Below, one piece after another: positions 1 through 9,621 of a stretch of DNA of 64,000 nt. This DNA comes from Opitutales bacterium. GTDB lineage: Bacteria > Verrucomicrobiota > Verrucomicrobiia > Opitutales > PNEW01. The stretch's first letter is position 1, and the number at the start of each line of letters is the position of its first letter. Under the pieces are notes generated by a model that was not told the DNA's origin, ran no database searches, and worked only from the letters and a program-made list of their open reading frames with translations. The stretch is from contig CBDANS010000006.1 of the NCBI GenBank assembly GCA_965197745.1, forward strand, positions 1,088,001 through 1,152,000, read 5' to 3'. The position numbers and the translations under genes are program-made.

Positions 1-43
1 TAATAGTTTTAATGCGGCCATGGCTCTCAAATCTGATAACTTA

Positions 44-1361
44 TGGTCGTGACCACGAAAACTGGTACACTTGAAAAGTTAGTCTGGGTAACCTAGAAAG
101 GACTCAGACAATGAAAGGCAAAAGATACACAACTGAAGAGAAAATACGGATGCTGCGGCAGGCGGACAAAGGGAAAACGATCCTGGAAGCATGCCGCGAG
201 AACAACATTAGCGAACAGACTTTCCACCGCTGGAAGCGTGAGTTTGGGATGATTGATGTCGACCAGGCCAAGCGGATGAAGGAACTCTTTGAAGGAGAAC
301 GCGCGGTTAAAACGGATGCTGGCGGACAAGATGCTGGGGATAGAGATCCTGCAGGAGACCCTCGAAAAAAAACTGTAAGCCCTGGGCACAAGCGGCAAGT
401 GGCAGAGAGACTTGTGGCTCGGGGCCAGTGTTCGATGCGAGCGGGGTGCCGGTACTTTCGGCTGCACCGTTCCACCTATGCGTATAAGGCGAAGCATCCG
501 GATGCTTGGTTAATGAAACTGAAGGCGGCAGTAAGGCGGTTATCACGGCAATATGCCAGGTGGGGCTATCCGAAGATCACGAAGCTGTTGAAAGACGAAG
601 GCTGGGAGGTGGGTAAACGTCTCGTGCAAGGTCTACGACGCGAACTGGGCTTGGCGATCCCCCAACGCAAGCCAAGACGTCGGGGCAGGGGTGTTTCCAC
701 CGGGCTGCCGACCAAGGCCGAACATCCCGGCCATGTTTGGACCTGGGATTTTATCCACGATAAGACGGTCCGCGGTGGCAGTTTAAAAATGTTGACCGTG
801 CTCGATGAGTACACCCGCGAGTGTCGAGTGATCCATGTTGATCGCCATATCAATGCGGAAACGGTGCGCGGTATCATGCAAAAACTGCTTGCCCGTCATG
901 GGCCGCCACAATATATTCGCAGTGACAACGGTTCCGTTCCGAGGAGCGAAGCGACGACATGCGAAGCCATTCATTGAAAAGGAATTGAGAGCCTGGCTAA
1001 CTGCGATGAAAATCAAAACCCTCTATATCGAACCAGGAAGCCCTTGGCAGAACGGATACATCGAATCGTTGCATGCCCGTTTTCGCGAGGAGTGTTTAAA
1101 CCGTGAACAGCTATGGACTTTGACCGAAGCCCGCGTGGTGATCGAGGACTGGCGCTGGCTTTACAATAATGTCCGACCCCACCGCAGCCTCGGCAATATC
1201 ACCCCACGGTGCTTCGCTGAAGACATTAATACCGAAGGCTTGGGCTCCATTCGGGCTACGCCCTCATTGCGCCCAAGCCTTGACTTCCTCTACCAACTTA
1301 ACTTCAACATTAACCTCTCCAGACTAACTCTCTCGGTGGACCAGTTTACGTAACCCGATCA
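44..1361 (+). mobile_element. IS3-family insertion sequence (degenerate), 1318 bp
   Basis: Imperfect terminal inverted repeats: TGGTCGTGACCACGAAAACTGGTACAC from 44 versus the reverse complement of GTGGACCAGTTTACGTAACCCGATCA ending at 1361. TG...CA ends, 4-bp target duplication CTTA at 40-43 and 1362-1365, encodes OrfA/OrfB. Confidence 0.93.
111..1353 (+). pseudogene. IS3-family transposase OrfA/OrfB, disrupted
   Basis: HTH OrfA (MKGKRYTTEE..TFHRWK), A8 slippery site before TAA at ~365-378, and integrase core (WTWDF, LDEYTREC, SDNG, PGSPWQNGYIES, YNNVRPHRSLG). One extra base at ~288-290 and a ~31-nt insertion at ~936-966. Confidence 0.9.
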
Positions 1362-1362
1362 C

Positions 1363-2829
1363 TTACAACTTGATGATAGAACCCTAGAACTTCAAAAGCT
1401 TTTGAAAGAACAAAGCCAGCCGGTAGAGGTAATCTTTTCTTCCGACGGCCGAACTTGGGTGAGTGTGTCTGGCTACAAGATGTTCGGTAAATTTAAAGGA
1501 GAAAAATCAGAGAGTTTTCTGCCTGGAAATTATATGGTAGTAGGAAGGCGCAATGGCTATCAGGAAGTGATATACGAAGTTAGAATACGGTCAGGTCGAC
1601 AACTGCCAGTTATTAGTGTTGTCTGTAGTGATAGATTAGAAGCAGAGACTGTTCAATTTACAGATATAACAGAACTTGCAGAACAAGGAGATACCAAAGC
1701 GCAATTCAACCTTGGAATGATGTATTTCTTTGGCCAAGAGGTGGAACAGAATTATTCCGAGGCCTTGAAATGGGTTCACATGGCAGCTGAACAGGGAGAC
1801 GCCAGAGCGCAAACCCACATTGGGTCGATGTATTTTAAAGGCCAAGGGGTAGAGCAGGATACTACCGAAGCAATCAAGTGGTATCACAAGGCGGCTAAAC
1901 AGGGATACGCCACAGCACAATATCACCTAGGAGATGCATACCGCACTGGTAAAGGGGTAACGCAAGACTATGCCAAGGCACTTGAGTGGTATCACGAGGC
2001 AGCTGAACAAGAAGACACCACTGCGCAAACCCACATTGGATGGATGTATGAAGAGGGTCATACGGTAGAGCAGGATTATGCCAAGGCATATGAATGGTAC
2101 CGCAAAGCAGCTGAACAAGGAGACGCTTATGCTCAAAACAAAATTGGGTGGATGTATTCTACTGGCTTAGGGGTAGAACAAGATAATAACAGAGCAGTCG
2201 AATGGTATCGCAAAGCTGCTGAGCAGGGAGTTGCACAAGCCCAATGGAATCTTGGCTGGAGGTATGAATTCGGAAATGGGAAATTATTTCCAAATAAATC
2301 CGAGGCTCTCAAGTGGTATCACAGGGCAGCCAAACAGGGGAATCCGTATTCACTCAAGTGGATTAAAAACGAGGCCGAGAAGGGTAACAAAGTAATTCAA
2401 CTAATGCTTGGGCTAATGTATGAAAAGGGCCAAGGGGTAGAGGTGGATAATGCTAAAGCTGCCAAATGGTATCGCAAGTCAGCTGAACAGGGTTATGCTA
2501 AAGCCCAATACAATCTCGGGAAAATGTATTATGGAGGTCAGGGTATAGAGAAAGATATTTCTAAGGCCTTTAAGTGGTATCGTAAGGCTGCAAAACAAGG
2601 TTTAGCGCAAGCCCAATTCAACATTGGAGTGATGTATGCTAACGGTAAGGGTGTAGCAAAGAATAATGTCGAATCTTATATGTGGCTTAGCATCGCTGCA
2701 GCGGAAGACAATTTTAGCAATAAACAATTAGACAGTCTTAAAGGTAACATGACTGCAGAACAAATCGAAGGGGCTGAAAGTAAAGCTGAGACTTGGTTGG
2801 CTAAGCATCAGAAGAAGCAACCGCATTAG
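1363..2829 (+). pseudogene. 3' part of a Sel1-repeat (SLR) protein with an N-terminal PEGA-like segment, interrupted by the IS
   Basis: About 10 Sel1 repeats (AQxxLGxMYxxGxGVxQDxxxAxxWYxKAAEQG). The frame is open from 1363 and rejoins the open frame at 2-43 (NSFNAAMALKSDNL|QLDDRTL) when the IS and one CTTA are removed. Confidence 0.85.
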
Positions 2830-2855
2830 TGAGACGGTTCTTATTAAAACTCAAT

Positions 2856-2915
2856 TCACTCAATCGTCACTTCATCCACAATGACAGTGATCGCATCGCC
2901 ATCTTCATTGGCGAA
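2856..2915 (-). pseudogene. Orphan 3' tail (FANEDGDAITVIVDEVTIE*) of the conserved C-terminal-domain surface protein family
   Basis: Translation matches the last 19 aa of the paralogues at 4912, 15884, 19893, 24582 and 63134. Confidence 0.9.
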
Positions 2916-3091
2916 GCCTGACCCCTTCAGATTCCATTGATGGGTTAGGGTATACATATATTTATACCTTTGGGGTAATAACGCCGTGGTTACACGCTGT
3001 CGCTATTCAAGGGTAAAATTGATTCTGTATCCTTAACCCCTTCCAATATGATACTCCCAGGAATTCAAGCCGCTAAATTTTATTTATTTGT

Positions 3092-4261
3092 TCACATGAG
3101 AGGCATGCGAATTTCTCCTGGTTTCCATAGTCTCAGAAAGTAGTGTCCTAAGCCAGATGCTCCATACATGTAGTCAGCTGAGTACAACCCCGGTTCATCT
3201 GTAGGCCAGGCGTCTCCTTCGGGTAACTCTTCTCGGTATCCAAGGGCCATCTCTGCGAAGACATTGGCATTCTGCAGCCAGGATTTGTCCTTAGTGACGC
3301 GGTAGAGTTCGACGAACAATTCCCCGCACCCTGAAAGACCAATGCATTGGGTTATGTTGTTACGGAAGTCGCCATAGGCGAAGGTGGTGGTACCACAGTG
3401 CAGCGCAATTTCATAGTAAGAAGTATCCTTAAATATCTCATAGGCGAGTAGAAATACTAGGCCAATCCCTGGAGAACCGTGGCTCCACTGGCAGCGATCG
3501 AGCCCCATCTCTCCAATTACAGGGCACCAGTTAAGGCCACCTTTATCTGGAAGCGCGTGCTGAACCAATGTTGCCAGGATTTCCCGTGCAGTACTTGACC
3601 ACGTTTTATCCCCTGTTGCCTTGTAGAGTAGAAGGAAGAAATAAGCTATACCCGCAATACCGTGTGCGACACCGGTGAACGGAACTCGGCCAAATTCTCC
3701 ATCGGGACGTGCCAGGTAGTGGCATCCCTGTTCATCACGGTTCAAGTTTTGATCAATCCAATCAGCGCAACGGATCGCCCCATTTAAATACTTTCGTTGG
3801 TTCGTGGCTTCACATAACCGTATGAGGAAAAACCCGTTCGATGCTGCGCCACCCATTAAGTCCGTAAACGGTCCAGGGTTTTCTGTCATGATTATCCGAG
3901 CGCATTCATCGCAATAATCGAGATATTCATCATCTTGAATCAAACGCCATAGGTCGAGTGCAGCCATGGCAATACCGGTTTTTCCTATTAGAAGTCCCCG
4001 GGAGAAGCTCTTCTCGTGATCTGTGTACATACACCATCGACAGCAACCAATAGCGAGGTCGAGAGCAGTAGCTGTTTCGGTCTGACGGTGGTACTCTGTT
4101 AAAAACAGACTGATGCCCCCTGAGCCATTAAATAGGTTGTAGCTGTAGTGAGGGTTATTCTCGTAGTCGATGGTTCGCCAACGAATGCCAGTGGGAACTT
4201 TTTCTGCAGTACGCTGGATGAAGCTAAAGACTGAATTGGCGCCTGTTACCGGTGCTGACAT
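3092..4261 (-). CDS. Stand-alone lanthionine synthetase C-like (LanC-like) protein
   Basis: Repeated GxxG motifs, GVAHGIAG, WSHGSPG, CIGLSG and YMYGASG; start placed at ATG 4261. Confidence 0.8.
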   Translation of the reverse strand: MSAPVTGANSVFSFIQRTAEKVPTGIRWRTIDYENNPHYSYNLFNGSGGISLFLTEYHRQTETATALDLAIGCCRWCMYTDHEKSFSRGLLIGKTGIAMAALDLWRLIQDDEYLDYCDECARIIMTENPGPFTDLMGGAASNGFFLIRLCEATNQRKYLNGAIRCADWIDQNLNRDEQGCHYLARPDGEFGRVPFTGVAHGIAGIAYFFLLLYKATGDKTWSSTAREILATLVQHALPDKGGLNWCPVIGEMGLDRCQWSHGSPGIGLVFLLAYEIFKDTSYYEIALHCGTTTFAYGDFRNNITQCIGLSGCGELFVELYRVTKDKSWLQNANVFAEMALGYREELPEGDAWPTDEPGLYSADYMYGASGLGHYFLRLWKPGEIRMPLM

Positions 4262-4457
4262 TAGACATTTATTCCCATGCAAATTTGATCTACTTCACAC
4301 TGTCCGTTCAGCAATTGATTGAATAGAAACGTTGTTTACACAGAGTGTTCGCTTCAGCATCAGCAAGGTCAAGGTGTAATAACCGCTTTTACTCGGACTC
4401 TCCTACAGCATACCATTCTTAAGCGTCAGACAGCAGAAAAAAGGTCTAAAGGAGTCA

Positions 4458-4767
4458 CCCAGGCCGAACGCAAAGCCGAGAAATGGCAGGTGAAGCAAGA
4501 GAAGAAGAAGTAAACAGTGAACAGTCGCTGTCGTCCTCTTTCATGTCATTGCGAGGAGTAACACGACGCGGCTACCGAGTCCTGTACTTGCAGGACGACA
4601 TCTTACATTCCAGGGGGTGACCGTTGTGTATTGCAGGTCCCTGGATGTTAAGATTTACTCTAAACTGGACAAAAGCCTTAATTGAAAAAACGAACCCTCA
4701 TTGGAAAGATCTGAGCGGAAATTGATATTGGTAGGCACAATGACAATTTGCCTGGATTGCTTCGTCT
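4458..4767 (+). repeat. ~310-bp direct repeat, copy 1 (orphan Sel1-like tail + palindromic element + GIY-YIG-like tail)
   Basis: Near-identical by eye to 7589-7892. Confidence 0.92.
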
Positions 4768-4802
4768 TCGCTTGCTTCTGCTAGTTAATATTTAAATTAA
4801 CA

Positions 4803-4879
4803 AGGTGGAACGCGGTGTCCCTACCGTGTTTGAGAGCGTCGCAATAGAAGAAGCGTGCTAGGGACAGCCCGCTCCACCT
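4803..4879. repeat. REP-like inverted pair GGTGGAACGCGGTGTCCCTAC...CTAGGGACAGCCCGCTCCACC
   Basis: Imperfect inverted repeat; a single related arm GGTGGAACGCGCTGTCCCTAGCGCG lies at ~14710-14734. Confidence 0.7.
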
Positions 4880-4911
4880 TAAAACCTAACACCTAAAACT
4901 TCTCGAAGAGA

Positions 4912-7158
4912 TCACTCAATAGTGATCTCCTCGGGAACAACCTCGATCGCATCGCCATCTTCATTGGCGAAGGTCGCATTGACACTCTGTGTCGGCTGTG
5001 GAGTATTGTCGGACTTAAAATTGTTCTGCGTTATCAAGGTATCAAATCCCGTCGTTGTCGATCCGCTCTCTGCGACTACGACCGCGGCACCGTTTGTCTG
5101 CAATAAGTCTCCACCCGTGATCCGCAAGCCGGGGTTACCGGCTGCTGCGGTGAACGATCCTTCTCCAAACAAAAGATGCGGCACCGCATCGCCATTGGCA
5201 TCGATGTCACCTACCGTTAAGCGTACCGCGATTGGTACCCCGCGCGCGTCGACACCGATCTTGCCCGTGCTTGCGCTGAACGTGGCGTTCGACAACTGCA
5301 TGCCGCCCATGCCCGTGGAATTTACAACCTCCACCAGGGTCACGTCCGCTTGTGCGTCGTAGACTTGACCCTCGGGGAAGAGGGCTTGGTTCACCGCGTT
5401 TATTCTTCCCACCGTAAAGATACTGAAGAAGGTATTAGCATCGGCACCATCGATAACCACGCTCGGTTTGCCCGTCACGTACTCTACCGTCTGGTTATAG
5501 CGCGGAGGTATGGCCGGGGGCAGGAAAGTGGCCGGGTCCAGGGTTACGGTAAAGGTTCCTGCACCTGAGAACTCTACCTGTACAATGTCCTCGGTTTCGT
5601 CCATGAAGGAAACGCGGGTGATTTGGTTGGGTCGGGCTTGAAGCTGGATGGATTCTCCGGTTAGCAGGACCTGGTCAAAGACATTGCCATTCGGATGCTG
5701 AATATTCTCACCGGCGATATCGCCCGAGCCGTCGAGGATGAGGGGGACAGAAGGAGCTGCTATGGTGATGGCCGCAGTATCGCTGTCAGCGCTTCCTCCG
5801 GCGTTAGTTACCTGCACCCAGAAGTTTGTGCTCGTAGTGAGAGTGCCGGTGGTCAAGCTGCCGATAGTAGCGCCGACGACGGGACTCGATGTGTCACCGC
5901 TGTTGCCTGTAAACCATTGGTAAGTTAGATCGTCGCCGCTTGCGGTAACGGACAAACTCGCCGTTGCACCGGATGTGACTTCCTGGCTTGCCGGTTGGGT
6001 AGTGATAGCGGGAGCGGTGGCGGGCGGGGGTCCCTCAGAACCAGTTCCTGGTGCTCCTATCGGTGTATACCCAAAATCGTCGATCGCTGTATGACCTTCT
6101 GTATTGTTAGTAGGATGATCTCTCAATACAATCTTACCAATGCCTCCGGGGGCTCCTAATTCATCCGCATTAATATTTACTGAACCGGGCTTAGTAGTGG
6201 AAGTAACATCCGATTCTAAATTATCAATCGTAACGAGTAAGTTGTCGTTTGTATCATAGACGTCAATAAAGCCATCGGGTAAAATTCCCTCTTTGGGTGG
6301 TGTACTCTGTGATGCGAATGCGTCTATTTTATAAGCTGGAGTTTCAAAAGTGATGGTTGCTTCTTCACCATTTATCACTGCATAAGAAGTGGACATCGAG
6401 CGCACATGATTGGGACCATCAGTCCATGCAACGATAATAGCGCCTCCATCAAAAGTAGCAGTATTCGGCGAAATCCCAATGACCAAGGGTTCCAACAGTC
6501 CATCACCAGCGCCAAAAAATGTGAAATCCTCGTAAACAGTGTTGTTTGAGGGGAAGTCGGTCAGTGTGAATCCCAAGTCGTCGATCACGAGTTTTCCCAT
6601 AACATTAAAAAACTTCACTTCAATTATACCACTAAGGAAATCAAAATCTTCTGCATCAAAAAAATCACCGCTGTCTCCGACAAAACTGTATAAAGGGGGA
6701 TTAACTCCAGGGCTTATATTTGCTGGCAGCCCTTCGATGATGCCGCCATCTCCACCGCGAGAGCCCCCTATGACGATGTTAACTCTAATGTCAGTGGAGA
6801 AAACATCCCCTGTATTGATTTCTCCTCTTATCTCAAATTTGCCTGCGCCTGTCGTTTCACCCGCATAAAATTCTAGAAATTGCATCCCTCTTTGGGAGAA
6901 AATTTTTCCCTCCTGTCCAGGTCCAAGAGTTATTGCTTTGCAACCCGAATGTAAGAGCGAGGGATCCTCTAAAGTCTCCACCGTGAATCCGATCAAGGTA
7001 ACTACGTTTGGCTCCTGGCCAATGAAGATAGTCCCTTCCCCGCTGACGTTCTCGAAATTGATGAACACCTCCAGATCTTGAGGAAGGGCATAGAGACGGG
7101 ATGGTAAATAGAGCAAAAGAATCAGAATCTGAATTATTTTTATAGGGCTTCTTTTCAT
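4912..7158 (-). CDS. Secreted surface protein: signal peptide, two tandem beta-rich domains, Ig-like domain, conserved C-terminal domain (copy 1)
   Basis: Sec-type signal (MKRSPIKIIQILILLLYLPSRLYA), Pro-rich linker, Ig motif ITTQPASQ..LSVTASG..LTYQW, and the C-terminal domain shared with four paralogues. Confidence 0.85.
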   Translation of the reverse strand: MKRSPIKIIQILILLLYLPSRLYALPQDLEVFINFENVSGEGTIFIGQEPNVVTLIGFTVETLEDPSLLHSGCKAITLGPGQEGKIFSQRGMQFLEFYAGETTGAGKFEIRGEINTGDVFSTDIRVNIVIGGSRGGDGGIIEGLPANISPGVNPPLYSFVGDSGDFFDAEDFDFLSGIIEVKFFNVMGKLVIDDLGFTLTDFPSNNTVYEDFTFFGAGDGLLEPLVIGISPNTATFDGGAIIVAWTDGPNHVRSMSTSYAVINGEEATITFETPAYKIDAFASQSTPPKEGILPDGFIDVYDTNDNLLVTIDNLESDVTSTTKPGSVNINADELGAPGGIGKIVLRDHPTNNTEGHTAIDDFGYTPIGAPGTGSEGPPPATAPAITTQPASQEVTSGATASLSVTASGDDLTYQWFTGNSGDTSSPVVGATIGSLTTGTLTTSTNFWVQVTNAGGSADSDTAAITIAAPSVPLILDGSGDIAGENIQHPNGNVFDQVLLTGESIQLQARPNQITRVSFMDETEDIVQVEFSGAGTFTVTLDPATFLPPAIPPRYNQTVEYVTGKPSVVIDGADANTFFSIFTVGRINAVNQALFPEGQVYDAQADVTLVEVVNSTGMGGMQLSNATFSASTGKIGVDARGVPIAVRLTVGDIDANGDAVPHLLFGEGSFTAAAGNPGLRITGGDLLQTNGAAVVVAESGSTTTGFDTLITQNNFKSDNTPQPTQSVNATFANEDGDAIEVVPEEITIE

Positions 7159-7588
7159 GCTGTTATAACGATTAAATCGATGCCAGAGATGTGGCGGGGA
7201 ATTCCTTTGCCGGATTGGTTAGTTATCCAACCTAACCATTATTTGATTATATGCGAGGGCTATAGGAGATAATCGATCGGGGTGGCAACCTTGGATTACT
7301 TAATACACAATAGAAGGTCAAAAGGGGTCAGGCTTCGCATTTAACCATTTTAGAGATTAAAGTTTTAATAGACCGACGGGAAGAACGCTGACGCGATGCG
7401 TCTTCACTCGTGTTAAGTGTTAAGCAGAGAGTATAAATACAAATTAATTTAAGATTATTTTTCACCTAAAACCCATGGCACGCCATAGTGAAACGACGGC
7501 GGCTAATACTTAAAACCTAACACCACTACTGCATACTTAACACCACATCAAAAAATCGCTCCTGCAAATTCGTAGCGAGGGAAGCGAG

Positions 7589-7892
7589 CCCAGGCCGAAC
7601 GCAAAGCCGAGAAATGGCAGGCGAAGCACGGGAAGAAGAAGTGAACAGTCGCTGTCGTCCTCTTTCATGTCATTGCGAAGAGTAACACGACGCGGCTACC
7701 GAGTCCTGTAGCTGCAGGACGACATCTTACATTTCAGGGGGATGTCTGTTGTGTATTGCAGGTCCCTGGATGTTAAGATTTACTTTAAACTGGACGAAAG
7801 CCTTAATTGAAAAAACGAACCCTCATTGGAAAGATCTGAGCGGAAATTGATATTCGTAGGTACAATGACAATTTGCCTGGATTGCTTCGTCT
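7589..7892 (+). repeat. ~305-bp direct repeat, copy 2
   Basis: Matches 4458-4767 and begins with AQAERKAEKWQAKHGKKK* (7588-7644). Confidence 0.92.
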
Positions 7893-7921
7893 CCCGCGAT
7901 TGCGGGTTTCTCGCAATGACA
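7668..7921. repeat. Palindromic MITE-like element with TGTCATTGCGA/TCGCAATGACA ends
   Basis: 11-bp perfect terminal inverted repeats; internal LIEKTNPHWKDLSGN* at 7803-7850. Confidence 0.85.
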
Positions 7922-7993
7922 AAAAGGGAAGAGCGCTTATGCGCGTGTTTTGTGTTAAGTAAATTAACCTAAAACCTAACTCTGATATATAGA

Positions 7994-8017
7994 TCATTCA
8001 ATCGTTACCTCATCAAC
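7994..8017 (-). pseudogene. Orphan 3' tail (VDEVTIE*) of the surface protein family, with its downstream flank
   Basis: ATAGATCATTCAATCGTTACCTC and the flank GTAAATTAACCTAAAACCTAAC match the 3' end and flank of the gene at 24582. Confidence 0.8.
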
Positions 8018-8063
8018 CCCTTCAGATTCTACTGCCCACAGCTAACCATTCTCAATTGTGCCA

Positions 8064-9105
8064 TTACACGAAGCGAGGCATGACCTCTCTGGCGAATAGC
8101 CCCATCGAACGCATCACCTTCTCGTGCTCCATTCCTCCAAAGGCGAAGTTGCAGCCAAAGTATTCGATACCCTGATCGCGGAGTTCCTGGATTTTGGCGA
8201 TACAGGAATCGGGGTCGCCCAGGAACGCGCGGTTGTCATGGAGATAAGTCGTAGCTCACGGGTAACTCCGACCGCGCTTTGCGCCAGTCTTCGATGTTGT
8301 AGGGCACCTCGCTACTCTCGCTGAATGTGCCGCGATACTGCAAGATGTCCAGCACCCAATTCAGACGCTCCTCGGCGTCTTTCCGTACCTGTTCTGCTGT
8401 CTCGGCGACATAGAAATATCGGAAGAAGGGTATGTCGGACATGGGGATGTTCGATCCAGACTCCTCCGACATTTTCACAAATCGCCGGCACAGGTCCAGA
8501 GCAGCGGCCGTGTCCTGCACTACGGCGGCGCAAAGGGTGTAGCCCCGCGAGATGATATACTCCAGCGTCGCCCGGGTGCTGGTGGCTCCGACATAGATCG
8601 GCGGATGCGGCTTTTGCACCGGCGGGGGAACCAGGTTCAGCTTGTTGACACTGTAATAATTGCCCGAAAAAGAGAACTCCGTTGTCGTCCACAGGCCCTC
8701 GATTACTCTGATGCACTCCTGGAAACGCTCCTGGCTGTCCTCCGCGGCGATATTGAACCCGCCGTACTCGTAGCCCGTAAACCCGCGTCCGAAACCGACG
8801 TCGAGACGCCCTCCGCTGATGTGGTCGACAGTGGCGGTGTCCTCGGCCAGACGTATGGGGTTGTGCAGTGTGGGTACCAGGACGCCCGTGGCCAGACGTA
8901 TCGTTTTCGTTTTGGCCGCAGCAGCACTTGCCACGACCAGTGACGAAGATCCCATGCTGTAACGGGAGAAGTGGTGCTCGGCGAACCACGCGCTGTAGAA
9001 CCCGAGTTCCTCAGCGTACTGCACCTGCTCAAGTGTCTCGGCAAATATTCGCGAGGGGTCCGACTCTTCGGGCCAGGGCATATGAAAAAAGACGGCGAAT
9101 TTCAT
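8064..9105 (-). pseudogene. Luciferase-like (LLM) flavin-dependent monooxygenase, frameshifted near the 3' end
   Basis: WFAEHHF, HNPIRLAED, SGGRLDVGFGRG and PVQKPHPPI motifs. One extra base at ~8247; the other frame continues YLHDNRAFLGDPD..FAREVMPRFV* to 8064. Confidence 0.85.
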
Positions 9106-9185
9106 GTATTTATTTATAGTCGAATTAAACCGATTATCCAGCTAACTGTGTTCTGGATTGGTGATGGCAGGGAGTTCCTCTTTCC

Positions 9186-9248
9186 TTCCATGAGGCGACT
9201 GAAACCCTCGACATCAGCGCTGAGTATGGCCGTTAGCTTGCGTTCCAT
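9186..9248 (-). pseudogene. 5' stub of a class III adenylate/guanylate cyclase gene
   Basis: MERKLTAILSADVEGFSRLME preceded by an RBS (GAGGGAG); similarity ends after ~21 codons. Confidence 0.7.
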
Positions 9249-9428
9249 GACTGATCGCTCCCTCTTAATGTTCCCTCTACACATTTAGAACAGATCAAAC
9301 TATTACTGACGTCCTCTTTGTGTCAATCAGACTGAGATAAGTCATAATTTCAATCGCTATATTTTTCGCTCCGCCATAAATTAAGCTTTTATAGGTACAT
9401 TTTAAGCAAATTCACCTACTTTTATAGA

Positions 9429-9505
9429 GCGCCGCTAGCTCAATTGGATAGAGCACCTGACTTCGGATCAGGATGTTGGGGGTTCGAGTCCCTCGCGGCG
9501 TGCCA
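9429..9505 (+). tRNA. tRNA-Arg, anticodon TCG
   Basis: Cloverleaf: acceptor GCGCCGC/GCGGCGT, D arm GCTCAATTGGATAGAGC, anticodon stem CCTGA/TCAGG with loop CTTCGGA, GTTCGAGTC T loop, encoded CCA. Confidence 0.95.
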
Positions 9506-9621
9506 TTGATGAGACAATTGTCTTCCCTGGGCGGTGTGTGTTTTAGCTTCGCCGCGCCGTTACCTGAAATTTATTAAAAATTTGACTGAGAAAAATGATT
9601 AAGAGTGAACTATCCTCGGTC

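Noticed and set aside
111..977. Naturally fused single-ORF IS3 transposase
   Set aside because: The fusion results from one extra base at ~289 that puts the end of OrfA out of frame; the normal OrfA end (ENARLKRMLAD..LEKKL*) is present in the next frame.
3092..4513. Lanthipeptide gene cluster with ORF 4319..4513 as precursor
   Set aside because: No dehydratase or transporter nearby. The ORF is a chimera ending in the repeated Sel1-like tail and has no Cys/Ser/Thr-rich core.
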